A stretch of DNA of 64,000 bases from an uncultured delta proteobacterium (GTDB lineage Bacteria; Myxococcota_A; Polyangia; Polyangiales; Polyangiaceae). Made by a program: the position numbers and the translations under genes. Location of the stretch: contig CAWAIF010000003.1 of NCBI GenBank assembly GCA_963782055.1, positions 2,016,001 through 2,080,000 of the forward strand. The letters run 5' to 3'. The notes beneath the pieces were generated by a model, which was not told where the DNA came from, did not search any database, and saw only the letters and a program-made list of their open reading frames with translations. Below, one piece after another: positions 8,510 through 17,165 of this stretch (position 1 is its first letter; every line of letters begins with the position of its first letter).

Positions 8510-9712
8510 GTGACGACCCACAAGGCCCGCAAGTCCGCCCCCCCGCAGCCTGGCCACGCACCCTCCGGCCTCCGGCCGGACCTCACCGCGCGCGGGGGCA
8601 AGGAGCGTGATCCCCTCCCCATCGCCGACCGCCTCCGCGCCGACGGCAACTACACCGGGCGGGGCGTCGTCGCGGCGTTCATCGACTCGGGCTTCTACGC
8701 CCACGCGGATCTCGTCACGCCCTTCTCGCGCATCCACGCCTACCAGGACGTCATCCACGAGACCGGGGGCCTGGAGGTCCTCAAGCACGCCGACGTCTCG
8801 TCCTGGCACGGGATGATGTCCACCGTCGTCGCCGCGGGCAACGGCGCGCTCTCCGGCGGGCGCTTCAAGTCGCTTGCGCCCGAGCTGGGGCTCGTGCTGG
8901 TCAAGGCGGGCACGCTCTCGCGCGTGCACCACGACGACATCGCCCGGGCGATCGAGTGGGTGCTCGTCAACCGGGCGCGCTTCGACGTGCGCATCCTCAA
9001 CATCTCGTGCGGCGGCGACTACGAGGCGAGCTACCTCACCGACGTGATGAGCCGCTTCGCCGAGGCCTGCGTCCGCGCCGGGATCGTGGTGGTCGCCGCC
9101 GTCGGCAACTCCGGCCACCGCCCCGGCTACGTGGTGCCGCCGGCGAGCGTGCCGTGCGTCATCAGCGTCGGGGGCCTGGACGACGAGGGCAACCCGTACC
9201 TCGGCCGCATCAACCCGTACCGGTCGTCCTACGGGCCCACCATCGACGGCGTGCAGAAGCCGGAGATCATCACCCTGGCCGACTGGATCCCCGCGCCCAT
9301 CCTCCCGGAGACGCCCACCCACAAGCAGGTCTCCCTCCTGGCAAAGCTGGACAAGACCCCCGACGAGCGCCTGCGGGAGGTCATCGAGGCCCACCCGGGC
9401 GTCTTCGCCCCGCTCGACGAGGCGAAGGAGCAGCCGGCGTACCTCATCCGTCAGATCCTGGCCGCCGCGCTCCACGACGAGAAGGTCATCGACGAGCACT
9501 ACAAGATGGTGGACGGCACCAGCTTCGCCGCCCCGATCGTCACCAGCGTGGTGGCGCAGATGCTCCAGGCCAACCCGGCCCTCACCCCCTCGCAGGTCAA
9601 GCGTATCCTGATCCAGACTGCCCGGCGCGTGCCCAACATCGACGTGGACCGTCAGGGCTGGGGAGAGGTGCAGCCCGGCGCGGCCGTGGAGCGCGCCATC
9701 GCCACGCGGTGA
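8510..9712 (+). CDS. Cytoplasmic subtilisin-like S8 serine protease
   Basis: Triad motifs FIDSG, WHGMM and GTSFAAP plus oxyanion AVGNSG; no signal peptide. Start is GTG 8510 or ATG 8471. Confidence 0.9.
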   Translation: MTTHKARKSAPPQPGHAPSGLRPDLTARGGKERDPLPIADRLRADGNYTGRGVVAAFIDSGFYAHADLVTPFSRIHAYQDVIHETGGLEVLKHADVSSWHGMMSTVVAAGNGALSGGRFKSLAPELGLVLVKAGTLSRVHHDDIARAIEWVLVNRARFDVRILNISCGGDYEASYLTDVMSRFAEACVRAGIVVVAAVGNSGHRPGYVVPPASVPCVISVGGLDDEGNPYLGRINPYRSSYGPTIDGVQKPEIITLADWIPAPILPETPTHKQVSLLAKLDKTPDERLREVIEAHPGVFAPLDEAKEQPAYLIRQILAAALHDEKVIDEHYKMVDGTSFAAPIVTSVVAQMLQANPALTPSQVKRILIQTARRVPNIDVDRQGWGEVQPGAAVERAIATR

Positions 9713-9738
9713 TCCGCCTGGTATCCTGACGCGGCGTC

Positions 9739-11349
9739 ATGCCGATCGACACGGAGGACGAGGCCACCCAGGCCGCCCAGAAGCGCGTCGGCGACGTGCT
9801 CGGCGGCAAGTGGCGTCTGGACAGGCTGCTGGGTCTCGGCGGGATGGCGGCGGTGTACGCGGCCGAGCACACCAACAACGGCAAGACCGTCGCGGTCAAG
9901 GTGCTCCACCCCGAGCTCGTCCGGCAGGAGTCCATCAAGACGCGCTTCTTGCGGGAGGGGTACATCGCCAACAAGGTGGGCCACCCCGGCGCCGTGAGCG
10001 TGCTGGACGACGGCACCGATCCGGACGGCAGCGTCTACCTGGTGATGGAGCTGCTGGAGGGAGAGTCGCTCGCGTATCGCTCCTACGAGGCCAACGACAA
10101 GCTGCCTCCGAAGCAGATCATGCGCATCGCCCAGGGCATCCTGGACGTGCTCGTCGCGGCGCACGCGCAGGCGATCGTCCACCGCGACCTGAAGGCGGAC
10201 AACGTCTTCTTGACCAACGACGGCACGGTGAAGGTGCTGGACTTCGGCGTGGCGCGCATGACCGATCAGACCGGCGACGCCAAGACGCGCACCGGGCTGG
10301 TGATGGGCACGCCGGAGTACATGCCGCCGGAGCAGGCGCGCGGCCGCTCCGAGCTCATCGACGGGCGCACCGACCTCTGGGCCGTCGGCGCGATGATGTT
10401 CAAGCTCTTCACCGGCCGCTACGTGCACGAGGCGGAGACCCCCAACGAGGTGCTCCTGCTGGCGATGACCGAGCCGGCGAAGAAGCTGGCGGAGGTCTTG
10501 CCCGGAGTCCACCCGAAGGTCGCGGAGGTGGTGGACAGGGCGCTGGCCTTCGAGCGCGACGAGCGCTTCCCCGACGCCGCGGCGATGCGGGTGGCGGTGG
10601 ACGAGGCGAGCACGGCGCTCGAAGAGAGCGACGTGGCCACGACGGTCGCCGGCGACATCGCCGCGCAGGCGGTGGTCCACGCGATGGACGAGACGGTGCC
10701 CGCGCCCCCGCCCGAGCACCTGGAGGAGGCCGCCGCCGCGCTGCGCGCGGAGCGCGCCTCGGGGACGAAGGAGGCGCCGGTGGCGGAGGCGGCCGTCGCG
10801 GCGGCGGTGCCCGCGGTGGTGGTGGCGGACGCGCCCCCCGCGGTGGTGGCCGAGGCGGCGTCGCAGGACGGGAGCTTCGCGGCGGCCGAGACGCCGGGGC
10901 CGCTGGCCGTCGACGCACGCGCCGAGTCTCCCACCGGCGGACCGGTCTCCAAGCCGAACCTCTGGGTGCACACGCAGGCGACGCCGCCGTCACCGCCCCG
11001 CGCCCCGCGCCGCAAGCGCTCGCTCGTGCCGCTCATCGGGCTGCTGGTGCTCGCGGGGGGCGGCGCCGCGGTGGCCGCGTTTGCCCTGCCGCGCGTGCGC
11101 GGCGACGCCGACCCGCTCGCGGCGTCCAGCGAGGCCTCGGGCGAGGGCACCACGACGCTCGCCACCGACATGACGGGCGCCGACGCCGGGGAGAGCGACG
11201 ACGCCGCGTCGGAGGCCGGCGCGGAGGCGGTGCACCCGGCGCCCACGGCGCCCCACGTCACGCACGCGCCGGTGGCGACCGCCCACCACACGATCACGCC
11301 GCCCCACAAGAAGGTCACCAAGCACAAGGTGACCAAGAAGCACCGCTGA
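9739..11349 (+). CDS. Membrane Hanks-type Ser/Thr protein kinase
   Basis: LGLGGMAAVY, VAVK, HRDLKADN, DFG and GTPEYMPPE; one TM helix; His/Lys-rich C-terminal tail. Confidence 0.93.
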   Translation: MPIDTEDEATQAAQKRVGDVLGGKWRLDRLLGLGGMAAVYAAEHTNNGKTVAVKVLHPELVRQESIKTRFLREGYIANKVGHPGAVSVLDDGTDPDGSVYLVMELLEGESLAYRSYEANDKLPPKQIMRIAQGILDVLVAAHAQAIVHRDLKADNVFLTNDGTVKVLDFGVARMTDQTGDAKTRTGLVMGTPEYMPPEQARGRSELIDGRTDLWAVGAMMFKLFTGRYVHEAETPNEVLLLAMTEPAKKLAEVLPGVHPKVAEVVDRALAFERDERFPDAAAMRVAVDEASTALEESDVATTVAGDIAAQAVVHAMDETVPAPPPEHLEEAAAALRAERASGTKEAPVAEAAVAAAVPAVVVADAPPAVVAEAASQDGSFAAAETPGPLAVDARAESPTGGPVSKPNLWVHTQATPPSPPRAPRRKRSLVPLIGLLVLAGGGAAVAAFALPRVRGDADPLAASSEASGEGTTTLATDMTGADAGESDDAASEAGAEAVHPAPTAPHVTHAPVATAHHTITPPHKKVTKHKVTKKHR

Positions 11350-11355
11350 TCGCGG

Positions 11356-13173
11356 CTAGTCGCCCGCGCCCGCGTCCGCGGGCGGCTCGTTCGCGGAGCG
11401 GAGCTCGCCCGCCACGCACCCAGGCCCCTCGCCGAAGAGGGAGAGCTGGGTGTCGGGCGCGCGCGCCTTCTTCTGCGTGCGACGCGGCGGCACGACCGGC
11501 TCCTCGCGGTGGCCGGAGCTCACCTGCGCGGCGAAGAGATCGCGCACGGTCTGGAGCGTGTCGGCCTGCGCCGGTGTCTTGTCGTCGCGCACCCGCGCGA
11601 TGCGCGGGAAGCGGAGCGCGAAGCCGCTCGGGTGGCGGGAGGAGCGCTGGATGCCGTCGAACGCGATCTCCAGCACCACACGCGGCTCCACCACCCGCAC
11701 CCGCCCGCGGTCCTGCAGCGTCGTCTCCACGAAGACCTGCCCGAGCGCGTCGATCTCCGCGTCGGTCAGGCCGCTGTACGCCTTGCCTACCGTCACCAGC
11801 GCGCCGTCGTCCCACACCGCGAAGGTGTAATCGCTCAGCTTGCCCGCGCGCTTGCCGTGCCCCTCCTCGACGGCGACGACGACCACGTCCAGCGTGGCGA
11901 GCGCCCGCTTGACCTTGATCCACGCGTGCCCGCGTCGCCCCGGCTCGTAGGGCGCGTCCCTGCGCTTGAGGACCAGCCCCTCGTTGGCGCGCGCGCGGGC
12001 GCTCGCGAACGCCGCGTCGAGCGCGGCCTCGTCCTCGACGGCGTAGACGGCGTTGAGCCGGAAGGCACCGGCGTCCGGGTGGCGCGCGGCGAGACGCTCC
12101 AGCGCGGCGCGTCGCTCGGCGAGCGGTCGATCGATCAGCGCCTCGCCGCCGAGAGCGAGCAGGTCGAAGGCGACGAACACGATCGGCACCTCGGCGAGCA
12201 GCGTATGCGCCGGGTCCTTGCGTCCGAGGCGCGCCTGCAGCGCCTGGAAGGGGCGCGGCCTGCCGTCCTCTCCCGCCGCGACGATCTCGCCGTCCATGAC
12301 GGCGTCCTCGCTCCACGCGCCGAGCGCACGCGCCACCTCCGGGAAGGTCTGCGTCACGTTCCCTTGCCCGCGGGCGAAGACGGCGACGTGCCCGCCGCTG
12401 ACGTGGACCTGCGCGCGCACGCCGTCCAGCTTGTCCTCGACGACCACCGCGCCGAGATCGACGGCCTCGCGCACCGCCTCGCGCGGCGTGGCGAGCATGA
12501 AGGCGAGCGGCCGCAGCGGCACAAGCCGCGCCTCGCCCAGGCGTCCGCCGCTCGCGAGCACGGCGAGCTCGGCCAGGTCCGGGAGGAGGCCCGACGCGCG
12601 CCGTGCCTCCTCCGGCGACGCGCCGAAGGCCCTGGCGATCGCCTCGCGGATGACGCCGGGCGCGGCGCCGGTGCGCATCTCCCCGAGCAGGGCCTTGGCG
12701 AGGTACTTCGCCTGCAGCGGGGTCGCGCGGCGCAGCACGCCGGCGAGCAGGTCGGCCTTCACCGCGCGCGCGGCGCCGGAGCCCAGCGCCCGCGCCAGCT
12801 CGGCGACGTCGTCGAGGCTCACGCCCGGGCGATCGCGCGCCCGCGCGATCGTCACGTCGAAGACGGCGTCCCCCAGATCCCCGCGTCGGCGCGCCGCCTC
12901 GAAGAGCTCGGCGTCGGTCGCGCCCGTCACCGCCGACACCACCCCCGCGAGCATGCGCCAGCCGACGCCGGTCGCCGCGCGGGCGCCGCCGCCGAGCTCG
13001 CCCGCCGCCACGCGGACGGCGGTCCTCAGCGCCTCGTCGCCCTCGCGCGCCGCCACGCGCAGCGCTCCGGCGATCGCCTCCACCTTCGCCAGGCGCGAGC
13101 GTGTCGCAGCGGCCGTCTGCAGCGCCTGAGCCAGCGCGCCCATCGCGCCGTCGGGCGCCTCGTCTGTAGGCAT
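11356..13173 (-). CDS. ATP-dependent DNA ligase (LigB/ligase I-like: DNA-binding, adenylation and OB domains)
   Basis: EDKLDG (KxDG), DGEIV, AFDLL, EGLVLK, WIKVK and LRFPR; C-terminal QLSLF. Confidence 0.93.
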   Translation of the reverse strand: MPTDEAPDGAMGALAQALQTAAATRSRLAKVEAIAGALRVAAREGDEALRTAVRVAAGELGGGARAATGVGWRMLAGVVSAVTGATDAELFEAARRRGDLGDAVFDVTIARARDRPGVSLDDVAELARALGSGAARAVKADLLAGVLRRATPLQAKYLAKALLGEMRTGAAPGVIREAIARAFGASPEEARRASGLLPDLAELAVLASGGRLGEARLVPLRPLAFMLATPREAVREAVDLGAVVVEDKLDGVRAQVHVSGGHVAVFARGQGNVTQTFPEVARALGAWSEDAVMDGEIVAAGEDGRPRPFQALQARLGRKDPAHTLLAEVPIVFVAFDLLALGGEALIDRPLAERRAALERLAARHPDAGAFRLNAVYAVEDEAALDAAFASARARANEGLVLKRRDAPYEPGRRGHAWIKVKRALATLDVVVVAVEEGHGKRAGKLSDYTFAVWDDGALVTVGKAYSGLTDAEIDALGQVFVETTLQDRGRVRVVEPRVVLEIAFDGIQRSSRHPSGFALRFPRIARVRDDKTPAQADTLQTVRDLFAAQVSSGHREEPVVPPRRTQKKARAPDTQLSLFGEGPGCVAGELRSANEPPADAGAGD

Positions 13174-13207
13174 GTGCCGATTCTACTTTTGCACTATGCT
13201 GGGCGCG

Positions 13208-14044
13208 ATGCGATCGAACCTGCCCTTTTCTCTCGTCCTTGCGGCCGTTGCCGTTGTCCCCCTCGTCGTCATCGCGTGCGGTGGGAGCGACAATCCCCCG
13301 CCGCAGACCGCCAACAACGCCGCGCAGCCGCAGGGCTACCCGCCCCCGCAGCAAGGGTATCCGCCGCAGCAGGGCTACCCGCAGCAGGGCTACCCGCAGC
13401 AGCAGGGCTACCCTCCGCAGCAGCAGGGCTACCCCCCGCAGCAGGGCTACCCGCCGCCGCAGGGCACCGCGCCGCCGGCGTACACCGCGCCGCCGCAGGG
13501 CACGGCGCCGCCGGCGTACACCGCGCCGCCGCCGCAGGGCACCGCGCCGCCGCCTGCGGGCACAGGCACCTTCGCCATTCCCTCCACGCTCCCGACGTTC
13601 GGGGCGCCGCCGCAGGGCAACGCGCCGGCGGGCGCGCCCGCGCAGGCGATCAACCCGATGCTGGCCAGCGCCGCCACCATGCCTCTCGGCGCCTTCGCGG
13701 CGACCGAGGCGCCCGGCATGGCACGGGAGGGCAACATCAACGCGGCCAACTTCCAGCAAGGCCAGATCCAGGAGGTGCCGGTCACCCTCCAGCCGGGCAA
13801 GTGCTACACGGTGCTCGCCGTCGGGATCGGCATCCAGAACGTGGACATCGCCCTCATCGCCACCACGCCCATCCCCAACGTCAACCCGGTGCTCGCGCAG
13901 GACAACGGCACCGGCTCGCAGGCGTCGCTGGGCGGCAAGGGAAACTGCTACCGGCTGCCGGTGCCCATCACGGTGCAGGCGAAGTATGTCGTCCGGGCGA
14001 CCGCCGGGGCGGGGCTGGCGGCGAGCGCGCTCTTCGTGAAGTGA
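13208..14044 (+). CDS. Lipoprotein with Pro/Gln/Gly/Tyr repeats and a C-terminal beta-rich domain
   Basis: Lipobox VIAC; TATGCT -10 lies 7 nt before ATG 13208; C-domain LQPGKCYTVLAVG...GNCY. Confidence 0.75.
   Translation: MRSNLPFSLVLAAVAVVPLVVIACGGSDNPPPQTANNAAQPQGYPPPQQGYPPQQGYPQQGYPQQQGYPPQQQGYPPQQGYPPPQGTAPPAYTAPPQGTAPPAYTAPPPQGTAPPPAGTGTFAIPSTLPTFGAPPQGNAPAGAPAQAINPMLASAATMPLGAFAATEAPGMAREGNINAANFQQGQIQEVPVTLQPGKCYTVLAVGIGIQNVDIALIATTPIPNVNPVLAQDNGTGSQASLGGKGNCYRLPVPITVQAKYVVRATAGAGLAASALFVK
13328..13555 (+). repeat. Coding tandem repeats: 7x (P)PQ(Q)GY then 2.5x PPQGTAPPAYTA
   Basis: Repeated cagcagggctacccg and cagggcaccgcgccgccggcgtacaccgcg units. Confidence 0.9.
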
Positions 14045-14203
14045 AGTAGAGGGGGTCCCTCCGGGCGCCATGCTCGGGCACAGGCTGGTGGGCGCTCGCC
14101 CACCTGTCCCGGGGACACCCCCGATCTGTCTGGGGACACCCTCGCCAGCCGCGTGCCTCTCACCGCGCCCCTGTTTCTTGCCGGTTGCGCGAGGCGGGCG
14201 GGG

Positions 14204-14219
14204 TGGCACGCCGGGTGCT
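14204..14219 (+). promoter_or_regulatory. Sigma-54 promoter of MarR copy 3
   Basis: TGGCACGCCGGGTGCT (TGGCACG-N4-GTGC), 12 nt before the ATG. Confidence 0.75.
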
Positions 14220-14231
14220 CAGGAGGGGTGC

Positions 14232-14585
14232 ATGAGCACACTCACCTTTCTCGAGACCCGGCGCGCGTATCACGCCACCCTGCGCGCGACGCGCCGCCTC
14301 TTCGTTCCCGTCGGGCTCACCCCCGCACGCTTCGAGCTGCTCCACGTGCTGTTTCGCGTGCCGCACCAGCTCTGCCACCAGAGCGAGCTGCGCCGGGCGC
14401 TCGGCGTGGCGCGCTCCACCATCAGCACCATGGTGCGCTCGCTGCAGGCCATCGGCCTCGTCGAGCGGCTGCCACCCCTCGACGACAAGCGGCAGGTCGA
14501 CGTGCGCCTCACCGCCGCAGGCCGCCGCAGCGTATCGCGAGCGCTCCGCACCCTGGTACGCGCCAGCGCGCCGATCTCACCTTGA
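14232..14585 (+). CDS. MarR-family protein, short divergent paralogue (117 aa)
   Basis: RRAYHATLRATRR..GLTPARFELL..QSELRRALGVARSTISTMVRSL.IGLV..DKRQVDVRLTAAG aligns with copies 1 and 2. Confidence 0.8.
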   Translation: MSTLTFLETRRAYHATLRATRRLFVPVGLTPARFELLHVLFRVPHQLCHQSELRRALGVARSTISTMVRSLQAIGLVERLPPLDDKRQVDVRLTAAGRRSVSRALRTLVRASAPISP

Positions 14586-14586
14586 G

Positions 14587-14616
14587 CTCCCCCTCTCCAC
14601 TTCGTGGAGAAGGGAG
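14587..14616. repeat. REP-like/terminator-like hairpin
   Basis: CTCCCCC-TCTCCAC-TTC-GTGGAGA-A-GGGAG directly after the MarR copy 3 stop, between convergent genes; no U-tract. Confidence 0.55.
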
Positions 14617-14659
14617 GCTGGAGCGGCGTGACGGCGATGGGGGCGGCCGGGGCTGAGGC

Positions 14660-16219
14660 TCACCGCTTGCCCGTGACCGACTCCACCAGCGCGCGGTCCC
14701 CCTGGACGGCGACGCGTTGCATGTAGAATGCAAGTCCGCGGCGTCCGCCCAGCTCCTCCCCGCCGCCGGCGCGGCCCGGGCCGCCGTGCAGGAGAGAGGG
14801 CAGCACCAGTCCAGGTGGCATCGCCTGGCTGGCGATCTTGCTGGAGCCGATGGTCACGCGGCCGTGGAAGGGCGCCACGCCCAGGACGAAGTCGCGCACG
14901 AAGTCCTTGTCGTCGGAGTACAGGCTGGAGACGAGGCCGCCGCCGCCTGCGGCCACCAGCTCCGCGGCGCGCGCGGCGCTGGCGTCGTACGGCATCACCG
15001 TGGCGACCGGGCCGAAGACCTCGTGGGAGTGGACGGGATCGCCGGCGGCGGGCGTCTCGCAAACGAGCAAGGTCGGCGCGACGAAGTAGCCCTTGCCCGC
15101 CGGCGCGCCCAGGCCGTCCACCGCGCCCGCTCCGCCCAGCGCGATCGTCGCGACAGAGGCGAGCTTGCCGATGCCGTCCCGCACGTCGCGGAGCTGCTGC
15201 GCCGTCGACACCGGGCCCATGCCCACGCCCTCGCGCGACGGATCGCCCACCTTGATGGCGCCCAGTCGATCCTTCAGCAGCTCCACCACCACCGCGACCC
15301 GCGCCGCGGGCACGTACACGCGGCGGATGGCGGTGCACTTCTGGCCGGTCTTCTGCGTCATGTCGCGCACCACGTCGGCGGCGAAGAGGTTCAGCACGTC
15401 GGAGCCGTCCTCCACGTCCGGACCGAGCACCGCGGCGTTGAGGCTGTCGGCCTCCACGTTGACGTGGACGCTGTGCCCGACGACCGCCTTGCCACCCCGC
15501 AGCGTGGCGCCCGTCCAGCTCGAGCCGGTGAAGGCGAGCACGTCCTGGCCGCCGAGCAGCTCCAGCAGGTTGCCGGTACTCCCGGCGATGAAGGAGAGCG
15601 CGCCCTCCGGCAGCAGCTTCTCCTCCACGAAGACCTGCATCATGCGGAAGGCGAGCAGGGCGGTGGAGGTCGCCGGCTTGCTGATCACCGGCATCCCCGC
15701 GAGGAGCGCGCACGCGGCCTTCTCGGCCAGGCCCCACGCCGGGAAGTTGAAGGCGTTGACGTGCACCGCCACGCCGCGGCGCGGCACGTAGACGTGCGCG
15801 CCGAAGAGGCGGGGGCTGCGGCCGAGCTGCACCGCCTCGCCGTCCTCCAGCAGCGGCGCGTCGCCCAGGGTGGGCGCGAGGTCGGCGTAGTAGGCCAGCG
15901 TGCCGGAGGCGCCGTCGATGTCGAACTTGGCGTCGGAGCGGGTATTGCCCCCGTTCTGGATGGCGAGCGCGATGAGCTCGTCGCGGTGGGCGTGGATGGC
16001 GCGCGACAAGGCGCGCAGGAGCTCTCCGCGCTGGGCGAAGGAGAGCGCGCGCAGCGCGGGGCCACCGACATCGCGCGCGTGGGCGTACGCCCTGGCGAAG
16101 TCCAGGCCCTCCGTCGACGTCCGGGCGACGGGCTCCTCGGTGGCGGGGTTGACGAGCTCGACGGCCTTGCCCTTGCCCGTGAACCACTGCCCGTGCACGT
16201 ACGACGCAAGCTCGATCAT
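14660..16219 (-). CDS. 3,4-dehydroadipyl-CoA semialdehyde dehydrogenase (PaaZ/PaaN-like ALDH of the box pathway)
   Basis: [34 protein letters not shown] and [15 protein letters not shown]; no MaoC domain; AGGAG RBS; near boxR/C/B. Confidence 0.85.
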   Translation of the reverse strand: MIELASYVHGQWFTGKGKAVELVNPATEEPVARTSTEGLDFARAYAHARDVGGPALRALSFAQRGELLRALSRAIHAHRDELIALAIQNGGNTRSDAKFDIDGASGTLAYYADLAPTLGDAPLLEDGEAVQLGRSPRLFGAHVYVPRRGVAVHVNAFNFPAWGLAEKAACALLAGMPVISKPATSTALLAFRMMQVFVEEKLLPEGALSFIAGSTGNLLELLGGQDVLAFTGSSWTGATLRGGKAVVGHSVHVNVEADSLNAAVLGPDVEDGSDVLNLFAADVVRDMTQKTGQKCTAIRRVYVPAARVAVVVELLKDRLGAIKVGDPSREGVGMGPVSTAQQLRDVRDGIGKLASVATIALGGAGAVDGLGAPAGKGYFVAPTLLVCETPAAGDPVHSHEVFGPVATVMPYDASAARAAELVAAGGGGLVSSLYSDDKDFVRDFVLGVAPFHGRVTIGSSKIASQAMPPGLVLPSLLHGGPGRAGGGEELGGRRGLAFYMQRVAVQGDRALVESVTGKR

Positions 16220-16477
16220 CCGGCGCGCTCCTGATGGCGGAGGGGATGCCAAGAGCGCATCCATCTCGAGCCATGCCTGGTGTTGAAGGCCCCCTCTGGT
16301 GGCAAGCCCGACGCGCAGCGGAGGGGCCCGCGTGGGGAGGGGAGGGGCGGCGCGTGCCGCCTCTCCGAGGATCGATGGCGCGGTTTGCCGCGCGAGGCAA
16401 GGGAGAAGAGGGCGGCCAGCCGGGAGGCCCGCGCCGAAAAGTTGGCTCCGGCCACGCGGGCAAGCGACAGTCGGCCG

Positions 16478-17161
16478 ATGCATCGGGGATGGTGGGTGGC
16501 TTTCGTCCTGGCCGTGGGGGCATGCTCCAGCGCCGACGCGCGCGAGCCCGACCGCAAGGCGCCGCGACCGGCAGCGAGCACCCGGCCCGTCGCCGCCGCC
16601 GTCCACGACGCCCACGCGAAGACGAGGCCGCCGGCCGCGACCACGCCGCCGCCGCGCCCGAAGCGCGTCCTTCAGTTCGGCGACTCCATGGTCGGCTACG
16701 GCCACGGCCTCTCCCGCGCCCTGAAGAAGCGCTTCCAGGCCGCCAACATCGAGTACCACTGGGACGCCTGGACCAGCGCGGGCATCCAGACCTTCGACGG
16801 CTCGGCGCGCATGAAGCGCCTGCTCGCCGCCTTCAAGCCGGATCTGGTGCTGGTCAACCTGGGGACCAACAACCTCTCCTACCCGCACCCCGAGGTCCTC
16901 GCCGGGCACATCCAATCCATCGCCAGGACCCTCGGCGCCCACGGCCGGCAGTGCGTGTGGATCGGCCCCATCCGGCCGAAGTGGAAGTGGAACCCGGCCA
17001 CCCTCGAGGTCATCCGCGACAACGTGGCGCCCTGCCGCTACTTCGACTCCACCGTCGTCGACCCCAAGCTGCAGAGCGACCACATCCACCCCACCGACCC
17101 CGGCGGGGAGGCCTGGGCGAAGGTGATCTGGCCCACGCTCGGCGTCGCCGAAGACCCTTGA
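16478..17161 (+). CDS. SGNH/GDSL hydrolase lipoprotein
   Basis: Lipobox VGAC; GDSM, LGTNN and DHIHP blocks. Confidence 0.8.
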   Translation: MHRGWWVAFVLAVGACSSADAREPDRKAPRPAASTRPVAAAVHDAHAKTRPPAATTPPPRPKRVLQFGDSMVGYGHGLSRALKKRFQAANIEYHWDAWTSAGIQTFDGSARMKRLLAAFKPDLVLVNLGTNNLSYPHPEVLAGHIQSIARTLGAHGRQCVWIGPIRPKWKWNPATLEVIRDNVAPCRYFDSTVVDPKLQSDHIHPTDPGGEAWAKVIWPTLGVAEDP

Positions 17162-17165
17162 CGGG

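Noticed and set aside
13328..13555. Tandem repeats as a possible CRISPR array
   Set aside because: They are in-frame coding repeats without unique spacers, and no cas genes are present.
9810..14209. Very long alternative-frame ORFs (e.g. 9810-11912, 11315-14209, 11509-14049)
   Set aside because: Arg/Ala/Gly/Pro-rich shadow frames of real genes, expected at this GC content, with no domain motifs.
14660..16219. paaZ (phenylacetate pathway)
   Set aside because: No C-terminal MaoC hydratase domain and no paa genes; the box context fits better.
16237..16251. Sigma-54-like TGGCATCCCCTCCGC upstream of the box ALDH
   Set aside because: The -12 element is weak and the implied start site would cut off the AGGAG RBS; not supported enough.
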